Below are positions 1-14,800 of a stretch of 64,000 bases of DNA, piece after piece (within the stretch, counting starts at the first letter, position 1; each line of letters starts with the position of its first letter). The notes under the pieces are model-generated. The model had not been told where the DNA came from, did no database searches, and worked only from the letters and a program-made list of their open reading frames with translations. The DNA comes from Gnetum montanum (taxonomy: Eukaryota > Plantae > Gnetophyta). The DNA lies in contig MNCI01001519.1 of NCBI GenBank assembly GCA_015680685.1, positions 635,318 to 699,317 of the forward strand. Direction: 5' to 3'. The translations under genes were made by a program, and so were the position numbers.

Positions 1-149
1 AAAAGGGGAACACAAAAACTAAATAGTATCAAGGTTATTTGGCAGTCTTTTAGTTTTTTTTTTTTTGAATTTTTATTTGACATGCTTTTTTGGTTTTCAA
101 TTTTCATAGGTAAACTTCAGGACTTCAACCTTTCAGTGATTTGTATCAA

Positions 150-1800
150 GTCTATCATGAAGATTAAATATATTCCAGATTATCACCAACGGAAGATTTT
201 CAAAAGATTGACAATTAAAGAAAAGAAGTCTCAAAGTATATGAAAAGACTGTCCACCACTGTGACTTAAAAAGATGGAGTAAATCAGGCAAAAGCCGAGG
301 TATCAAGATTTGTGATGAACTTAAGACTTGCAATTTAGACAAATACCCCAACTTAAAAGATCAACACAAAGGTAAAGGTAAACCCCAACTTAAAGACAAT
401 GATGGAGAACAAAGAATAGAAATAGAACCTGAGACTAAATATCCAAAACATAAGGACTCAAATCAAATGTTTGGAGGTAGAAGAACTAGAAAAGGTGGAT
501 TTGAAGGCAGACACAAAGTCAATATAGACATAAAGTTAGTGAGTGACCTGAAAACAAGAAACAAAGAAAAGAGCAATTGACAAACTAAATATGCAATTCC
601 TAATGAGGCTGCAATCAATCAAGGTAGCAGATCAGTAGTAGACGTGCAATAACCATATTTAGGAACAAATCCGGTAGGAAAGAGAATTTTATCACATGAA
701 AACATGGAACAGCATGCACAAACATAAAAAAGGTGTAGAACCATTGCTCTATCTCAAGGTAAAATGTCAAGTATGACTTTTGACAGCAATGGCAATGATA
801 ACAAATAGAAAAGTTGCAGCTCCTAGTTAGTGATAATCTAAGTTCCTATAATGGCACGGCTGCAAGAGGAGCATGAGATAAAATGCAATACAGTATTGTT
901 ATGGAATTAGATGGATGGTTAAGTATTGTTCTTTGACATTGTCTCTAAATCTTGTATGACATTATCATCTAGCAATATAACATTTTTAGAAGTGTTTGCA
1001 GTGAAGAGGTTACTAATTCAAGTCTAAATATGAAGGTTCATGTTGAAATATTTGAAGTTTACTGTGGTGCTTGTTATGTTTATTACCTAACAGTTAGTTA
1101 TGGGTGGTTGTGTCATATAAATGTTTTGCTAGCACCAGTAGAATCCAAGACTGAATGATTAGAAGTTCTAGAAAATTTGTAGTTATGAGTTCGATCCCTC
1201 TTGACAACTTCAGACTCAAGGTAGCATTTGAAGCAGGACTTTGCTGAGTCAACAATGAAGCTTGATCCCTAGTGGCATCCCACATTGTCTACATGAAACC
1301 CGGGCTCAAGATGTTGCTAACTAAACCACAAGTTCAGTCCCTCTCGCTGACCTTTCATGAAACTAATGCAGTATCCTGACACACTACATTAGCTAGCCTT
1401 TTACTGACCTCCTATGACATGAACATGAACATGACATTCTGACCTATGACATATGTAACTCGGTTACCAGTCCACATTGGTCTTTCTACTTCCATTTTTG
1501 TTTATATGTGATTGGTTCAGCTTTCTTCTCAACAGATAAATAGACTAGTTTCAAAGCATAGTTTTCCAACTTCATTATTAAGACATGCAATAGACAATAA
1601 TCCATACCAAATCCACATTAGCCCTCAGTATTAAATCCCACTATCATCTTCATTGGTGCCTAGTTTGTCTTTAGATTATTGTAACCTCTCCATGGCTGTA
1701 GAAAGGTCATGTGATGACCTTTCAAGGCATCGTAAGACTGCGATAACAAAATATGAACATAAAATGGAAACTCTTGCATTGTTGATGGCCTGAAAGAGAA
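150..1800 (-). mobile_element. Heavily degraded LTR-retrotransposon (copia-like) internal remnant
   Basis: Only faint traces of gag-knuckle, protease and integrase-like text on the minus strand; no intact motif; boundaries approximate. Confidence 0.3.
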
Positions 1801-3984
1801 GGTATTTCACTTAGTTTTATGTCTTGGACTCGCACTCTTTTATATTCTCATTTTGAAATCTCTTCCATTGCACCTTATGACTTGATTTCTAAGAAGAAAA
1901 GTTGCTGAAAATGAAGCACAACTATATATTTATCCCTAATAAATTTAAAAGTGACATGCTTCTAAGGAAAGAAGGAACAGAGGTAGAGATATTATGTCTG
2001 AATATTTTATGCTTATCAAGTTTCTGCTATGTGAGATCAAAAGGAATTGAACCTGAGACTTTGGCATAATTAGGATAACAAAATATTGAAAGTTGCAACT
2101 TAGGGAGTTGAACTTGCAACCTGTTAGAATATAGTTTTATTAATTTTTAAGAGTAATCATGGAAATAATTGAACTCATGACTAGGTGGTGTGGAAAAAGG
2201 TTTTATTTATTAAAAAAGAAAGAGAGAGAAAGAGAACCATTTTCAGTAAAGATTCAGTTACATTAAAGAAATCAAAGTTGAAGCTGAAACCAAAGTGAAT
2301 AAAAAGGGCTAGGACGAAAAAAATAAAAGAAAAAGGGAGAGAGAGTGTGTGTGCATATTAGAGAAAGAAGGAGAACTCAATCACAAGGGAGTTGGCTGGA
2401 AATGAACAACGGCAAAAAGAGACTTTGGCTGGAACAGCAAATTAACAACAAGACAACAGCTGAAAGAGAAGAATAAGAACAAAAGAAGATTGTGGGTGAA
2501 ACAGCAAATGAACACAAACATGAAAAGGTTGTGGCTGAAAAAGAAAAAGCAACAAGGGAAGATTGTGGCTGATGCAAAAGACAATAAATAAAAGGGAAAT
2601 TTGAGCTGAGCAGCAGGCCAATATTGTAATTAATTGTTCTTGGTAAGCAAGAAGGTAAGATGAATCCTTCTCTTGCTGTGTGTAATGGACAACATTGGCT
2701 GATAATCTCAATATCTCAGCTCTCCTCCTTTCTTTGCCTTGAACACCATTTTATCTTAGAATCAACTTTGACAAGATTTGTTGTTTAGATTTTGGATTGT
2801 TTAATCTTTAATTTTATTGATGGATCTCTCCACCTATCCTTTGTACTCTCAAGCCTAAATGACTTAGACGAGAGTTGTTTTTGTAACAATTCAGAAATAC
2901 CCATAACAATTGGAGCATATTGGCATAATGATTTGCCAACAGGGGTCAAGGATCCCTTATATAAGGATTGGTACTACCGGCAGAAAATGAGAGTATCCTT
3001 GGGCCCATGTCTATTTTGTAATTTTCTAAAATTTACAGAATTGTTGAATTCTTGGTCCTTGGCTGGAAAATTGGCTTGATGATCCCCTTGAATGCTTAAT
3101 CCTTCTGTTGAATTTTGATTCTTATTTGTGTTCCTTCTCAAGTCTGAATTTGTTATCTTTCTATGAGTCCAATGGAATTGGGGAAATTTAGGATGTTAAT
3201 TTATGGTTATTAAATGTTAATGATGTTAAATTATGGTTGTTAAATGTAGGTGATTTCTCTCTCTATTATTGGTAAATTAAGTTATTTGCTTAAATGCTAG
3301 TCGTGTGCATAAAATTATTTCAGGTTAGCAAAGTTGATTTGAAATAATTTTTATCATGATGGTTGCTGAAAGAAAACAAAATAGTATTATTGTGCAATTG
3401 AATGAATTTGATATTACTTTATACATTTCTTGTAGCCAACTGTTGAGTTAGACAAGTCCCTTGATGAACAACATCTGATATATTATTACAATATAGTTAT
3501 TGATTTTTCTTGCTTGCTGAACCCTAAATATTGTATCATTGGCAATGATATTATGAATAAATGTAAAGATTGGTGTATTATTTTGTATTTCAATATGCAG
3601 TTTTCCAAGTACATAAATAATATGTTTCTCCTGAGTTTGACTTCCTTATGGCTGATTACATTTTAGCTATGTTTTATACCAAGTGAAAGGATTGAATTAA
3701 TTGACTTTTTGTTAAGCTAGATGGTTGCATATATGATTTTAAGTTTTAGATGTTTTCATTTTTTGTACAATGCCTTGGATACATAGTGTATTAAGAGGTG
3801 TCAATCACTATATTGGCATTCTCTTCTTGCTAGATCCTTGGGCTATTCATTAAATCATATAATTTTCTTTGTTATGCATTATTTTATTGATAGTTGTCTA
3901 TACTGGTCTATATGCAAGTTGAATTTCTGACAATTGATCAACTATTATTCGAAAAAAAAATTTATGCTTGCATTTTCAGCTAGC

Positions 3985-4975
3985 TTGTGGGGGGCTCTGA
4001 AGATTTTGAGGGGCCTCTTCTCTCAACCTAAACTCAGACAAATTGCCTTGACCCTACTGACCTTTTCTTTGATAGAGAAGTGGAGAGACAAGTTGTAGAG
4101 TGGGTCCTCAAGCTTTATCAAGAAGTCAAGGAACGGATTCGTAGTGTTGTTTTTGCTAAGCAAGAGGCACAGGAGTTTATTAAAGCATAAACAATGTGGA
4201 TTGTTGAAGAGATGGAAGTTCGCTTCCAGCGGGATACTAAAGCACACAAGGCCATTACGCTGGAACATTTGTGGAATCAAATCTTCAAGGAATGTTAGAA
4301 GGAGGCCAGGCAGGCCGAAGACTGGCAGTGTGGAGAAGAATGGCTCTGAGTTTTGGAGGAATGATGGAAGAGATAGGAGGAGCTAGAGAACAGGTGGGTA
4401 GAAGAGGCTACCAAAGCTGAGGTTTGTTGGCAACTTCAGAAGGAAATTAGATGCAAGGACCAAGAGGCGTAGGAATAGGTTGAGTGGGAGCACTAACATA
4501 GAGCCTCAATATGCACTTTCATGGAACAATGGTTCAAGGATGGCAAGTGCCCTTTTGTTGAGCTGGGGTGAACTTCTACTTGTTGAGCTGAGGTGGCTGA
4601 GTGTTTGATAGAATTGCAACGCTTACATGTGGCTTATGATTTCCTCAAGTTTGCTGATGACAGGGCAATCGTTAATCAGGTCCATAGGGCCAACAAGCTG
4701 AATTGTGCATGCCTTTCTCTGCCATTTGGCTAATGGGAGCTATTCCTTTTTTGTCTTTTTTTTTTTAATAATCGGTTCTGGTTTGTTTGCTTTGGGTTTA
4801 TGGGATTGTCACGTTTGTTTGCTTCGGGTTTATGGGATTGTCAGGTTACCTTTTAGGCCCGCTCATGGGCAACAGACTTGCTCTAGGTATCCTATTAACT
4901 AGGGGGTCCCTCAACACCACCACACACCACACCACCACCGCCCCCAAACCCCCACCCCCCAAGGCATTGGTTAGC
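3985..4975 (+). mobile_element. 5'-truncated copy of the extended-ORF2 LINE family (coiled coil, terminal domain, GT-rich 3' UTR)
   Basis: E/R/W-rich coding remnant, then ELQRLHVAYDFLKFADDRAIVNQVHRANKLNCACLSLPFG* (about 4610-4732), then a T/G-rich tail. Confidence 0.7.
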
Positions 4976-5771
4976 TGAATGATGAATGATGAATTTGGTT
5001 GGTATCCTTGTGTAAAGCATGTAGCATTTCTAATAAATATTTAGATACCTCATTTGTTGGCAATGTCTAAATGATTCACCCTAACTGAAACATTTATTTT
5101 ATTGGTAAAAAGAAGTGTAAGATGGAAACATTTATAAGCATAATAGATGACGTATCTAAATATTGTATTCGTAATGTCTAGAATTAACTGAAAGATAGAA
5201 AGTCATATATTAATAGAAGAATTTTTAGGCTTGCCTAGAAAAACCTTGTGTTTTTAGAGGTAGTGATGATCAAAGATGGCATTAGGCTGGATAAAAGGTG
5301 CAATCATCATCAACGGACTCGTTCCACGAATAGCAAGGATGGTAAACAGCTTCCCAGGGCTGCAAAACTTCTATACGATGTTTTTCAGAAATATAAAAAA
5401 AAATTGTTCACCGCAAAGTCTAACGGTACATAGGCAAGGTCTAATTGTGACATAGACTGTTGTATACAATTCCAGCACATTCTCATGTTGTTTAGTTCTT
5501 AACTTGCTAGGTTTTGTCCTTTGTTCATCTCTCTAGTCAGGGATAAGTAGGCTTCTCATTCCAGGGGCCATATTTTATTTACCTCAAGCCATTGACTTGA
5601 AGTCTGTTTGCTAAAACATTGCAAGTGTTGTCTTGTGTCTTTTTTGAATTTTCTCCCTTTAAAAATTGTTTCAAGGAAGGAAAGAGATACATGAAATACA
5701 TTTGCACACGTCACTCTTTAAAATTAACTCATAAAAATGATATATGTATGTTCATCAAAAATAAAGAAAAC

Positions 5772-5867
5772 CTGAAACATTGACAGTGGTCCACATCTGA
5801 AAATTTTTCGCAATCGCCCATATATTGATAACTCTTCATATGTCATACCCATGTCAGCTTCATCCAA
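5772..5867 (-). CDS. QNS1: NADS coding exon 11 ([32 protein letters not shown])
   Basis: Acceptor ttttcAG; donor CAG|GTTTTC. Confidence 0.95.
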
Positions 5868-8800
5868 CTGAAAAAATTTACACTAGCAATATGAACACGT
5901 GATTCTCAAGCATAACAAACTGGTGCAATACTGATCAAAAATCACCAATTAAAATGACCACACAAATAGTCTTGGCATCAAGTGATATATCTGCAATTTC
6001 TAATTTGGCCAAGAACTAGAATATGGTCTTTAAAAGAAATAAACGCTTCTGCAGAAGCACAAATATGCATTTATATAATCATGATAGATGCTTCCTTGTG
6101 TAAAATGGAATTTCATATATTCTCAAGCCATCATTCTGATAAATTCTCAGCACATTATCATGATTATTTCAATACTTTTTTTTTTCTTGAAGTCAACTCC
6201 CAGGTTCTCTTACATATTTCTATATATGCAACTGAAAAAGAATGGTTGTGTGAATGATCCTAGAAAGTATCATCCTGAACAAAAATGGTAATATAAGGGG
6301 AAGTGTAATAAATATATTGAAAAAGTAATGCTACCATAATGAAAATTAAATGTAAAATCTTACTTTATTTACTCTTTTTACTATTACAGTGAAAAAATGT
6401 GTGTTTAATAAACACATATTAAGTAGCTTTTTCTTGCATATCAATAAATTATCTGTATTTGATTTTGATATTATATAATAAGCCTCCAGATACTGGTTTG
6501 AGTTAAAAAAATTGAGAGTAGATCATAGGGAGAGAACCATGTACCGTAATGCATACATAAAAATACCTTATTCAGAATAATCAATAAATTAACAAAAACT
6601 AATAAAACAGCACATACATTTATTAAAATAACATTTGATGTTATTATTTTAAGTTCTGAGAAGATTCAAAATTAGTATGGTTTCATATTTACCAAAATGA
6701 AATTTTCATATACCATTTTAAAAATATTTTCTTGAGAGTGTTCCCAGCACTGTGGGAACACATCTTTGGGATGTTCTCAGAAGTGTTCATGTCATTTAAG
6801 ACATTAGAGGCATTTTTATTCCAAGAATGTCTTGGAAGTGCAAATTTTCCTATTAGAGAGATGTATCAGTGTGTATGTGTGGAGAGAGAGACAGGACAGA
6901 AGAGCAGTGTATATTACTAATTCCCAACTGCAGATGTTTGATCCTTTTTTTTTCTTTTTTCCCTTTTTTTTATGTAGAACCTATTACTGTAAAGAAAGAA
7001 CAAAGTAGGTTTCAAGTCTACAACACCTATGACTATTAAACATAATGCACATAATATTGTTAATATGTTTTTTTTTGAGAGAAAATTCGGGATATATTAG
7101 TTTATTGATCATTATAGTGTACTGTGTAGATTTCTGTGTTCCACAACCAAGTATTGGCTTCTCAAAAATCAACTTTTTATCCACTTGAGAAGATCCCAAT
7201 TTTGGAAACTATAAAAAACATTGTCTCAAGTATGATAGAGATTATTTTTTTGAACACCTGGAGGCTCAATGCTCATCCTACAAGGTGGGGTTTTAGTGGA
7301 TGAGTGAAAGCCTAACCTCTGTTTGAGTGGCTATGCCTAGGCCTGAACCCAGGTCTTATAACTTGACAATGATGATTTAAAGAATTCCAATAAACCATGA
7401 AAAGCTAAATTTAGCTTCTGAATTGTTGCCACTAATATAAACTTGTAATCAAAGAGTACCTGGGTGTAATTTTCACGTATTGGTTCAAGTTCAGCAGTTG
7501 GAGGTGCACTTTCAATTTCTTCTAATGTAGAATACAGAAGATTAACTGCAGCCCAACGCAGAAACCTCCGCAGGTCCTGTTTGCTTATGCTTCCAATAGG
7601 ATTTATATCTGCTGAGCTGCAATCATACTGTAAATCAAGGGAATATAGTTAAAATGCATTAAATGTGAAATTTCAGGAACTAATCATCATGAATATTGAT
7701 GAAACTATGCAATGTTAAATACATTAACCCAAGCAGAAGAACCAAAAGCAGTATCAACAGCAACAGCACAAATTAACAAACATTTAAAACTAATGTGGGA
7801 TAAATGAGCAAGAAATTATACCTTTGTTAAATATCCTCGGAGACCTTCATCAACATTTGAACTTCCTAACACAAGGAAAAACCCAGATTTGCCATTAACC
7901 CAAGGCATCAGTGATGCTAACATAAATGCTATCACCATGCGAACTCGAGCTTGAATATTTTGCAAAGCAAGATTTTCTGCATTTGTCCCACCATCAACCT
8001 GAAGAAGAAAATTAAATAAGGGGAATCCATCTTAAATTACTCTGTATGCTAAAATACCGGAAGCAGTGAGTCTTACTTTCAGAGGAAAAGAAAAATAAAT
8101 CGTTAGATATTATTAACCGAGTCCTTGTTGAGAACTTAGATATACAAAATGAAAATCAGAATGTTAGTCAGAAAATCTGGAAATTTTTTAATCACCAAAA
8201 AGTCATATTTCTTTATTATAAAGAAACATACAGATTTAAAATAGGAAATTCAGCAAGGTTACCTTATATTGTGGTGTCCGTCCAGTAAGTAATGTAAACA
8301 AAGAAATAAGAGATGAAACTACAGCATCAATTTTAAGATCAATATGGTAAGAGCCGATTTGATTTGATAATTTCCTTGCTAACTTGCATGTTGCCTCTGA
8401 ACTGTAAATGTACAAATATTCAGTATGTAAAGGATGTAGAGCATGGCTGTAAAAAGCTTAAAGAAACTGCTACACATTCTCTTGTTGAGTTTTCATTACT
8501 TGTTACATTTATCATCTTTTAAAGCTTCCAATAGTAGCATTCCATCAGGAACAAGGAAATCTAACTACTTTCTATCAAAAGCATGGAACCAAAATTATCA
8601 GCATCATATTGGTGATTATTATCAAAAGAAAATGCTTAAATAATTTTGTTATCTATAAATAAACTAATAATACATTACAGAATGCAGTTCTCAGAAGCCG
8701 TCTTTAACAGCCAAGTAAAGATCTACTGCATTTTTCATGTATCTATGCATCTATTTACATTGGTCAATTATTCTGAAGTTTTGCATATAAAAAAGGTGTG

Positions 8801-11800
8801 AGAAGAAAACTGAATTGTCCTTTAAACAGATAACAGTGCACAAACAAGATAATGAACATGGATATTGATGAAATCATAGTTATTTGAAGCAGATCAGAAT
8901 CACAATTCATACAATTCTACAGCACAATTTTGCTGATGCCACCTTGAATTGAACCAGAAATGCTATTTCAGTAGAATCATGAATCCAGAGTCAATCTCAA
9001 AGTGAATAACTGCATTGGACACTTGAGAAAAACTTTGATCATCATTCTTCAAAAAGAAAAATTACATTTAGCAGTTGCTCCAAACTTGACAAACTTAGCA
9101 TTGCACAAAATTATGATGCATCAGATCAGTTCATAATTCACTCTTTTTTGACTCTATGATATGAATATTAAAGATGGCTCAATTCACACTCCACTCCAGA
9201 TTCATGCTTATTCATGGATAAAATATTAAAGAAAAACAAGGTTCACTAGTAGATTAAGTCCCCAAGCAGCAAACAGAAAAGAGATGAACACCCACCAAGG
9301 AGGGTGAAATAGCCCTGGAAGGGGGGCAAGCCCTGAAAACAAAAAACCAGATATCAAATAGGCACATCTCAAAATCCCACAGCAAGGGCAAATACAAAAC
9401 TGCCAAGTCCCTGGGTTATCAAAACACTGCATTCAATCCCAAATCACAAAAAACCCATGGCTGGCATCGGGAAACCCCTCTTAGTTCTTATAAGCTTCAC
9501 CATCAGATGGGTCTGGGAAGTCTGGTGCAAGGGCATTGCAGCCTTTCCTATAAGGGGGCCACATCCAGAACAACCTTGTAATGTTCAAATGCAACGAAAG
9601 CCACAGCTGCCTGAAATTTTGTATTGCTCCTACTGTTGCTTCTTGGCAACTTCCTCCAGGTTTGTGGCCTTATCTCAGTGGGGTCTACTGGATGTTGTCT
9701 GTACAAACCTCCATAGGCCAGCCCACAAGGCATTGTAGTTAATCTCCATGACCATGTATGGGCACCTTCCCATACGTATCCAACACCTGGCATTGGACTT
9801 GTGTGTAGTGTCCTAATTCATCTTCATCTATTGCTCCTCTTGGAAAGCCCTTGTCCATTGCTCCTCCTCCTCATCTTCTCTTCTAAACTACTCCTATTCC
9901 TTTGGCCACAAGTCCTCTCTAATTTGCTCCTGAAGGGAGTCCTCCATCGCACTTCTAAAGACAATGTTCTTTAACTCCCTTAGGTATCATTCCTCGCGGC
10001 CTCCTTGAGCTGTTGTTCTTCTTGTCCTGCTTGGCAATGGCCTCCTATTCACATCGTTGGAGTTCAGCCTCCCACCATGCCTATTCCTCTGCTCTCACCT
10101 TGGCTTCAACCTCAACAATGACCCTATGGAGGTCAAACTCCAATTTACATTGTAGCTCCTAGTGGATTTGATCCTTAACCATCTAATGTTCTTTAAGGTT
10201 TGGTTGTTGGCACGTTGTGAAGCCCTACTAGTTAGAGCTCTCCCCAACCCCCATGGGTCCCTCCTACTCCTCTAGAATAGTCTATGTGGAGGAGGACTCT
10301 CCCTCCTATGTTGGCCTCCACCTTGCATATACCATAGTATAGGAGGAAGGCTTCACCAGAATCAATCCAGAGTGGCACCCCTCTCTCCCTTGATGGAGGA
10401 AGGCCAGGAAAAATATTGGTAAGTTCGCTAGGCACCCTAGTTGCATATAGCAAAGAAAAGTGAAGTGTGTACCCTGTAGCTTGCACATGTTACCAAATTG
10501 AATGTATCATTCAACAAGCTTTGTGGCTTCTTGCCACAACAGAGGCAAAGCCAATTTGGGAACCTGGCCACTCCTAATTTTTGGAACCAACCCAGTGAAG
10601 AAACCTTCAGCATCCTAGAGCCCCCGTCCCATGGGCAACACAATCTACCTTGCAGTCAATAGGTTCAAGTACTCAATGGTGGTTGTTTTAGTAAGATGAA
10701 TGTAGGCATCGCAGAAAGTAGTGATGTCTTGCCTCGATTGTGTCTAAAAGATGCATTTGAGAGGTCAAGGTTGCCCACAAGAAGGGGAAGGAGGTCGGCC
10801 CACCCCATCTGCACCACCATGGTCCATAACAACTGATTACCCTCGAAACACTCACAATTAGGCTTGAAGGTTAGGGTAACCCCCATTGTTGCCATAGCTT
10901 CCTTCCAAAGCTTGTTAGCGTGTGAGGCAATTTGTTTTAGTGGCCTAAGTGGGAAGGCCTGGAAAATTCAGTCATTCCTTGCCCACCAAAGGGCCCAAAG
11001 CGCTACACCAATCGAAAACTCCCACTGTAGCAGTTATGTAGGGGTGATGCTCAAAGCCGTCCAAACTGCTTTAGTAAAGCGGCATAGGAATGCAAAGTGT
11101 TGCATGGTTTCTATGGCATTGTGGCAAAGGGGGCAGTTATCATTGGGAGTCTATGTTCTTGGAGCAAGGCCTAAACTAGGAGGGCTCCTTGGATAACAAG
11201 CCAAAGGAAACACTTAATTTTTTTAGGTAGGCAGCCCTTCCAAACACTCTTCCACTCTTGGGCAGTTAATTTAATTTTCTTTTGAAACTAAGCTTTGAAT
11301 GTCAATGATAATTCTATTCACCCCTCAACTCTAGAGCTCTCAATCAACAGAAAGTGATTCCAAAGAAATGCAATTTATTACTTAAATGTCGAAGTAGGCA
11401 ATAAAACATTGCAGGTTTCAGCATTATAGACATAGTATTTAGTGGAAGCCAACCCCATTTTGTTGATACAAGAGGCTCAGATGAGAGCAAATATCGATTA
11501 GAAATATATATGTTATGTTAAAGCAATATGATAACAATGAGGTGTTAGCTCAGTGGTAAAAGTCTTGGAATAGAAACCCCAGGTGATAGATTTGACTTAA
11601 TAATTTCTTACATGCACCAACTTGGTTGTAGTTGTCTTGGCCAGAAGAAAAATGTTCACCATTTCTCAAAAAATTTCCCAAGTTTTATCATCAATAGCTA
11701 GCAATTAATTCAGAAAAAAAACTTGGTATTTAATTCAATAAAAAAATCAATTTATCACTTGCTTATGCAACTTGAGTAAAACAAAACATATATAAGACTT

Positions 11801-14800
11801 CTAATTTGACAAGAGTATTTCAATTAGTCTATTTTCAAATTAAGTTTGTTTAAACTTCCCAAAACTTGTGAAACATAGGTAAATATTACTGTTGAATAGC
11901 AAACTTTTACAATTGGTATCAGTGACTGAGATTACCGCTGAAAAAATAAGATGGTAAATAAATGATTAAACCTTCAAAGTTACACAGCATAGACAGGAAT
12001 TCAAGTTCTATCCTATTTGAGGATTCACTCCACAGATTCATTAATCCAAATCTTGATCTAAGCACTTTTGGTAACCATGTTTGATCTAATCCACAGATAA
12101 TCAATGCTTACAAAAAATTTTGAGTTTACAATCCCTGAAATTCTATGATTCTAATCTGCAAGATTAGAAACACCATTTTGCTTGCAATTTGATCTTAACA
12201 CATATGGTCCTAGATGATAACCAGTATCTCAGGTTTTAGATTAGTATGCATTACAAGTAAAGCAGAAAAATGTGAATTGCTAAATCAAATCCTTTTCTTC
12301 CATAGTATATGTATTTATGATAGCAAAAATGAATTCATTTCCTTGAAAAGTTTGCTCATAGATACACACTGCACTAGTTTTTGTGTTTCTGATGTTGGAG
12401 TTAAGTCAAAATCGAATATGTAAACAGATTTGATGAAATTATCCACGAGGTGTGCTTACCTATTTACAGATCCCATATAAACAGTGTAAAATATACGCTT
12501 TGCTAATTCCTTCGAATCTATAGGAATTTCTCCAAATTTATAGTTTCCCACACGTATAGCATCTGACAGTACTTGTTCATTTCCCTCAGCTATGGCTGCA
12601 GGCATTATGCACGAACATATTAACACAAATAAAAGTAAAATTTTGAGAATAATTTCTACAACATACTTTGCATGTTGTTCTTGTGCATTTAATATCATCA
12701 TGTCAAAGTTAAACATCAACAAGGTTACCCGCTCCTATTATTAAAATCTATAAAAAAATGGGAGAAAATTACACCTTTAACAACAAGTTGGCACATGCAT
12801 CCAACAATGGCTGCTACACATGAACTATCAGCTCCTCCAGATAGTGGCAACAGATATCCAGATGCTCCACTCCTTCGCAAGTAATCCCAGAGCCAGCATG
12901 CTGGCCCTAAAGCAATCTCCTCTTCTGGAAGATGGTATCTAACCTGAAGGCTTGTGTTAGATTTATATGAATGTGCATAGGTTTGTGCGTGTGTAAAATA
13001 TTACCAGATATTCAATGATATGGTATAAATCTAATGAAAAACAAAACTACATATCCAATACAAATTGCTATTAGCCATCTTGATTATGAATGGAACGGAA
13101 GAAAACACATATCAGTAAGTATTATTCCCTTCCCTATCAATTTTACTAAGATAAGCAATTTTGTTTAACTTTAATTCATATTTTCTCTTAATGGATTTTA
13201 AATTTGTTCATAATCCATGCTCATTTTTTAATTCAATTCAGCTATCGTGTCAATTTCATCAAAATAATAACCAATTTCAACATTTTACCTTTCAAATTTT
13301 GTTTATTGATGAAATCAATTTTGCTTAATTCATGAGACAAATTCATCACTGAAAACAAATTTGAAAAATATTGCAATTATTCCTTAGCTTGTTCCTCTTT
13401 GCTGTGCATGCACAGAAATGGAAGTTTGACAAGGCTCTAGGTCACTTTGGCTATCTTAAAATATGATCGAAAAGCCCTGTTCCGCATCTGCTAATGCACT
13501 GTATCCAGGATGCTTTCTGCAACCTCTATCACAGGCTTCTCATTTCAAGATTTGTATGTAAACTTAAAACTTGCAACAATCTGGATTTGCCTATAATCTT
13601 CACTGAAATATTGGTACCTGTTTCCAAAATGCACTTACAACTGGGTTTCTTGTACCGATTCCAATCTTTTGACAGTTCTTGTATGTTGTCTAATTATCGA
13701 TTTGCAAGAAAGGATTCTTGAAAGAAACGGGCCTATGAAACCCCTAGGTTACAGAATTTTTGAAGGGAATGGTTTTATTGTGCATGCATAAAAAGCTAAA
13801 ATGAAATACAACTTTTTGAAGAGAATGGTTTTAACGAACTTGGGCAAAGGCATTAAAGAAATAGCTTTATTATAAAAGCAAAATTGGTACTAAATATAGC
13901 AAATTTTCCCTTTAAAAGCACAAATTTGATATAATAAAAACTGAATTCAATTGGCCAGAGTAAAATTACAGCATTAATACGTTAGTTACGCATAGTGTAT
14001 GATACAATGTTTAAAACTAGAGGTTCATGTATATGTTCAAAAAATGTTATCCCTTCAAAGTACATCTTTTGTAGGGGGCACCTTGTCTGCTACAATTCCA
14101 TGAGAGGATTTTCATGGCCTACTGGTAGACCTCTTCTTGTACACCCCTTTGATGGTCATTTGAGTTCCTAAGTCAATTTCTTGTTGGATCTTTTTCAACC
14201 TTATCTCATACGTAGTTGGCCTCCTAGCCTTCTTTGGCTCAGTCTTTACTGTGAAACCGTGAGCCTCCCTTGTCATTGACTGTCAATTTCTTGTTGGATC
14301 TTTTTCAACCTTATCTCATACGTAGTTGGCCTCCTAGCCTTCTTTGGCTCAGTCTTTACTGTGAAACCGTGAGCCTCCCTTGTCATTGACTATTCCATAA
14401 CAGCTCCAAGGACAGCAAGGAGGAGCCTCGTTCTGCCAAAATCTAATCCCCCAAGGGCAGGATTTCCAAGATAGGGCATAGTGGCATATGGTCAGACTAT
14501 GTTGCCTCAACACCCTCATCCAGAAGGCTCATGAGTGAGGAGAAGCAGCTCCTTGACTCTTCCTCCCCAAGCCCCTTCCCCCTTGCGACTGGTAGGGGTG
14601 GAGGGAGAGGAGGTGGTGTAGAGGAGGGAGTGATCGACATTGTCTGGCCTTTCCATCCAACAAACACCCACCCATCACCAAGGTCCTCATGACATCAGCA
14701 TGCCCCCTTGGGGTGCATGCAACACTCTTCGTTGGCATGGGTTCCTTTGTTGCAAGTCCCACAAGATGTGGGTCACACAACCTGAGGGGGGATTGGCACC

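Noticed and set aside
5240-5470. CpG-retaining segment examined as NADS exon 12 or an ncRNA
   Set aside because: No clean match to the expected FFKYYSINRHKMT motif (stops and frame breaks) and no recognisable snRNA or snoRNA sequence.
11540-11610. Possible tRNA gene
   Set aside because: A box only; decayed B box and no cloverleaf; treated as a SINE-like remnant.
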